A DNA stretch of 64,000 bases from Basidiobolus meristosporus CBS 931.73 (taxonomy: Eukaryota > Fungi > Basidiobolomycota): NCBI GenBank assembly GCA_002104905.1, contig MCFE01000094.1, positions 62,001 through 126,000 on the forward strand, in the 5' to 3' direction. Of the stretch, positions 60,414 through 64,000 are shown in pieces; the first letter of the stretch is position 1; each line of letters opens with the position of its first letter. Position numbers and translations under genes: made by a program. The notes beneath the pieces were generated by a model. It made no database searches. It was not told where the DNA came from and was given only the letters and a program-made list of their open reading frames with translations.

Positions 60414-62383
60414 GATATTCACGGGTCCTCAATGAGGAGTGGTGTTTGGATAGTGGGGGTTATTTGGGTTCTGGCAGATCTCGGTAGTTGACGACCTCAA
60501 TGCAAATCCGTGTAAGGCTTGATTCAACAGTTCAACTAGTCCCTAGCGCTGCGAGGGTATTTATAGTCATCAGGCTTGCTTGCATGATAATTCAAGAATC
60601 GGAAAGCCAAATTTTGTCTTCGAAGGTGCATCGGGCATTCGGTCTGGATCGAGAAATCGGTCACAGAACTTTGATTCTGCAGAGCAGCTTAGGGAGTCCA
60701 AGGAAATCTTCTTTTGTGCCCAACACGTTCGACGAGACCCATATAGGCCAGTTCTGAATCCACCGGATTCACCATGGGGTGAAACCGTCAAAAGGAGACG
60801 AATCTTCAATGCTAATTAGTGGGGAACCATCACAAATGATAAACCTGCTTTCCAGATTACGGATTTTAGGAATGCAAGAGTCACGTCGTAGGCTTGCCAG
60901 ATTGGAGATTGCAAGTCCTCCCTCGTTTCCAAGTCTTGATGGGTTGTTGAGGTGCATGCAAACAAGTTGGCAATGATCATGATGATCGCTTAGTTGCCGC
61001 CTTGAGGAGGGACACGCAGATGCAATCCTACATCAGATGTCGGCTTGCCATTATGGCCATCCAACATAAGCTCAGCGAAGCGATCAGGTTCTGTTGTCAG
61101 GGGAAAGGTTATGGTAGGCTATCTTAGTATGGAGGTGCCCTGTGGCTTTCAGTTGAGGAATAGACTTTTGCGATAGAATCGATCCTTGGTAGTGATTGGC
61201 ACTTGGAAGGAATAAGTGGGGTGTACATGAAATATATCTCCTCACCCTTACGGCCACAGCAAGTGAAATACCAAACCTCCCTAGGAGACACTGGCCATGT
61301 AGATGATCGTCAGCATAGACATGGATCGCAGAGATGTAGCATACCATCACCTCTTGAGTTAACAAGCCCTTGATCTATTCCAGCACTCACGTCTAGTTGA
61401 CCCAAACCAATGGTGGGTATTCAAAGTTGTAATTCCTGATATTTGACCCTGTTTTACCACATATGTATACTTTTCTGACTGCAGCAAAGGATTGTGATGT
61501 TTCTTTGGCTATATTGTCAAGAATCATCCACCACTCCTATAAGTTATGGTGGGTTAATGGTACTTCAGGTGGAGCACCAATCTTCACTAGACCCTGATAG
61601 TGGGTGAATCTGGGCGGAAAGGTAGGCTTGCCAGGATACATATGTATTAATTGAACTGGGATTAGGAAATATGGGTGGATGTGAGGAGGCTTGGGAAACT
61701 CCCAACGCCTGGCCATTTATGCTACCAATCTGGCATCCTTAGCTATATTCATCCAGAAAAATGATCTTCATCGGGCAGCTTCCGAACGTGCCTAGTCAGC
61801 CCCAGAAACTCCAATGTCTGGAAATGGATACCGGCAAATCTTTGGGTCTACCAATTGAAGGCTTATATTATTGCCACCATCAGCATTCGGGACCCCATAG
61901 AGCGAAGGGTGTGCTGGATCAAGGCTTAGGGATTTTACCGTTTTATCACGGAAGAACGTTGCTGACCACGAAGACATTTCCGGGTATCGCAACTAGGTGA
62001 TAATTTCAATGAATGGATGACTGTATTGAATGTTGTGCAAAATCTTATTCGTGACAAAGTAATTACATAAGCATAGCTGGAGTACTGAATCGTAAGAGGT
62101 GAGGCACTTTAAGCATAGATGATCTTTGGGTGTTGACTACGTGGAGCAAGATAATACTAATACATTTGAGGGAAGGGTGGAACAAAAAACTGGGGCTGGG
62201 ATTGAATCGATGCACAACACAGGGTTCGGATGGCATTACCAATGGAGAAAGATTATAAACGAGCAAATGACAAGGGGTATTTACAAAAGATATAATGAAG
62301 TGTGCTATTCAAGGTGTTCATGATGAAATTAGTGCAAAATTAGCATAGCGTCCTTCGAAAATGCATGGAGGATCATTTTGATC

Positions 62384-64000
62384 TCATATTCTGGAGTTGC
62401 TCATCATGAAAGATGGGTGATACAGACTTGCAAAGCCATTGTTCATGTTGACGCCTGAGTTCCCATTAAAGCTGGTTGTGTGAGGGATATTGATTGCCCC
62501 ATTCCCGGCAAACATCCATGTAGACTCCTGATACGAAGGCATCGGGTAACTAACTTCTGTGTTAAACGATTCATTGAGAACATCCTCAAAACTTGGTTCC
62601 TCCTTAACTTCATCGTCATTGAAGGTAACCATTGCCACGCTGGGATCGATGGAGGATTGCAGAGGGATTTGTGTTGTCATATGATTGTGTGTTTGTTCCA
62701 TGTTGCCAGGGCTTTCATGCGAGTAACTACTAGGGACACTATAAGGCCCAACAAGAGAGTGCCGCTGCAGGAATGAGTGCTGTCTTCGCTGAGGGCCGGT
62801 TGGCTGGTCATTTAGAGGCGCTTGAGAAACTAGAAACGTTTGTTAGAATGATACTGTTGATCGTTTGAGAAGTATAAGATGCCAGTACCATATAGACCTT
62901 GGCTAAGATCAGGCGAGACAGATGGGGAGTCAGTGGTAGTTACTTCGGGCTTCTGCAACGCGGGTGTGGACTCTGGTCCTGGTGAAGGGGATTGGTTCCC
63001 AATACTACCTTTGGCTTCAGCTGCGTAGTTGGGGGCAAAGGTGTTGTGGAATGCATCAACATTGACATTGGTGCTATTGTTGCAATTACTGGTCTGGAAG
63101 AAATTGTCAGAAATCTTGCGCATATAGGAGGATGAATCATGCCACAACTTACATATTTGCCGATAATTTTTTTGAGCGCCAAGGGAAGTATTTTCCATGG
63201 AAACACTTTGACATCTTTCTCGATGTTTCTTGGTTTCGGATTTGGGAAAGACATGATCAATTTGAAGAAATCGGCAGACTCCGATTTGCATTTAGATACA
63301 GTAAGCGGACGGAACCCTTCCAAGTTTCGTCGAATTCGGTTCTTTTCTTCTACTGTGAATCTAACGGCAATCAGGCTTTCCAGTAAATAAATACAATCAA
63401 CACTTGTGATAAAGTAATCATCCTTCGCTTCCCAATATATGCATGATACAACGATGCTGTTGGGGGCCCGCTCAGAAGGAGAAACGCCTTGAAAGTCACA
63501 GTGAATAACATTATTCTCGTGTTTTCTCCAAAACTGAACCAGACGTCTTTTGATTTCGGTCTCCTCTTCAGTCCTGGAAGTGACATGTAAATAACTGCCA
63601 CGGAAGCAAACAACTACCTCTAAACGCCTTACCAATTCTTTGTCATCTCCTCAAACTCGTTGCTGAACTTCAAGGTAGCCTTATTCAAGGGCGTAGTAGA
63701 GGAATCATTTGGTGCCGGTGCAGCCGCGGTGCCGTTTTTCGGCGAAGGTTGTGGGTTTTGGGGAAGAGGGCTTTTGGGACATGTTTGAGAAGCCTGGGCG
63801 GTGACGGGAGTCAATGGAGGAGTGATGTCAACGCTAGAAACATTATTGCCGCCAGTTTCTTGGGTGTATGACTCCAAATCCCTCTGAGAACTTTGGGGTG
63901 TAAACAATGACGATTCGTTGTTGGACTCGGACAAATCTATAAAGGCAACGTTAGTAAGCTATTCAACCGCAAATTGAATGGAGACGAAATTACCACTCTG
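62384..64000 (-). CDS. medA: MedA/ACON-3/Ren1-like fungal developmental regulator, 5' end outside the window; exons ..-63994, 63936-63633, 63573-63153, 63093-62889, 62829-62384
   Basis: WTEEE..RRLVQF; SCIYW..YFITSVDCIYLLE.L..RFTVEEKNRIRRNLEGF.P.TVSK..PKPRNIEKDVKVFPW..L..ALKKII.KY. GT-AG introns; CTAAC branch point near 63950. Confidence 0.82.

Noticed and set aside
61306-61317. YADD motif in a minus-strand 93-aa ORF; LTHHNL (AMP-binding-like) nearby at ~61540
   Set aside because: No other RT or adenylation motifs in register; single short matches are expected by chance.

Overview
Eukaryotic genomic DNA, almost certainly from an early-diverging (non-Dikarya) fungus. Evidence: short GT-AG introns, fungal-type SUR2/ARG4/MRS3-4/MedA-like genes, and a mitochondrial methylmalonyl-CoA epimerase. 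The window alternates between two compartments. (1) Two transposon graveyards (~1-15780 and ~24400-39700) are almost devoid of CpG. They hold a decayed Ty3/gypsy, four CACTA/EnSpm pieces (two forming a tail-to-tail inverted repeat), and a stack of one Ty1/copia family with ~349-bp LTRs (TGTTGTAA...TTACAACA), a Ty5/copia-type half-tRNA(iMet) primer-binding site and one full-length nested copy with a near-perfect 5-bp TSD. (2) Gene regions with normal CpG (~15800-24400 and ~39700-64000) hold mitoferrin, SUR2, ARG4, a BCAS3-like protein, an unknown single-pass membrane protein, an intron-containing YdcZ-like DMT transporter, MCEE, a CAS1/CASD1 O-acetyltransferase, a 72-aa ORF, a 7TM-RGS protein and a MedA-like regulator cut by the window end. 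Best leads: CpG-directed erasure confined to repeats, four perfect ATCWGATAA (SreA/Fep1-type) sites upstream of the mitochondrial iron carrier, a perfect Gcn4 site upstream of ARG4, a possible hairpin-RNA CACTA locus, and self-nesting Ty5-like copia elements. All alignments and counts were done by eye; no database searches were run.
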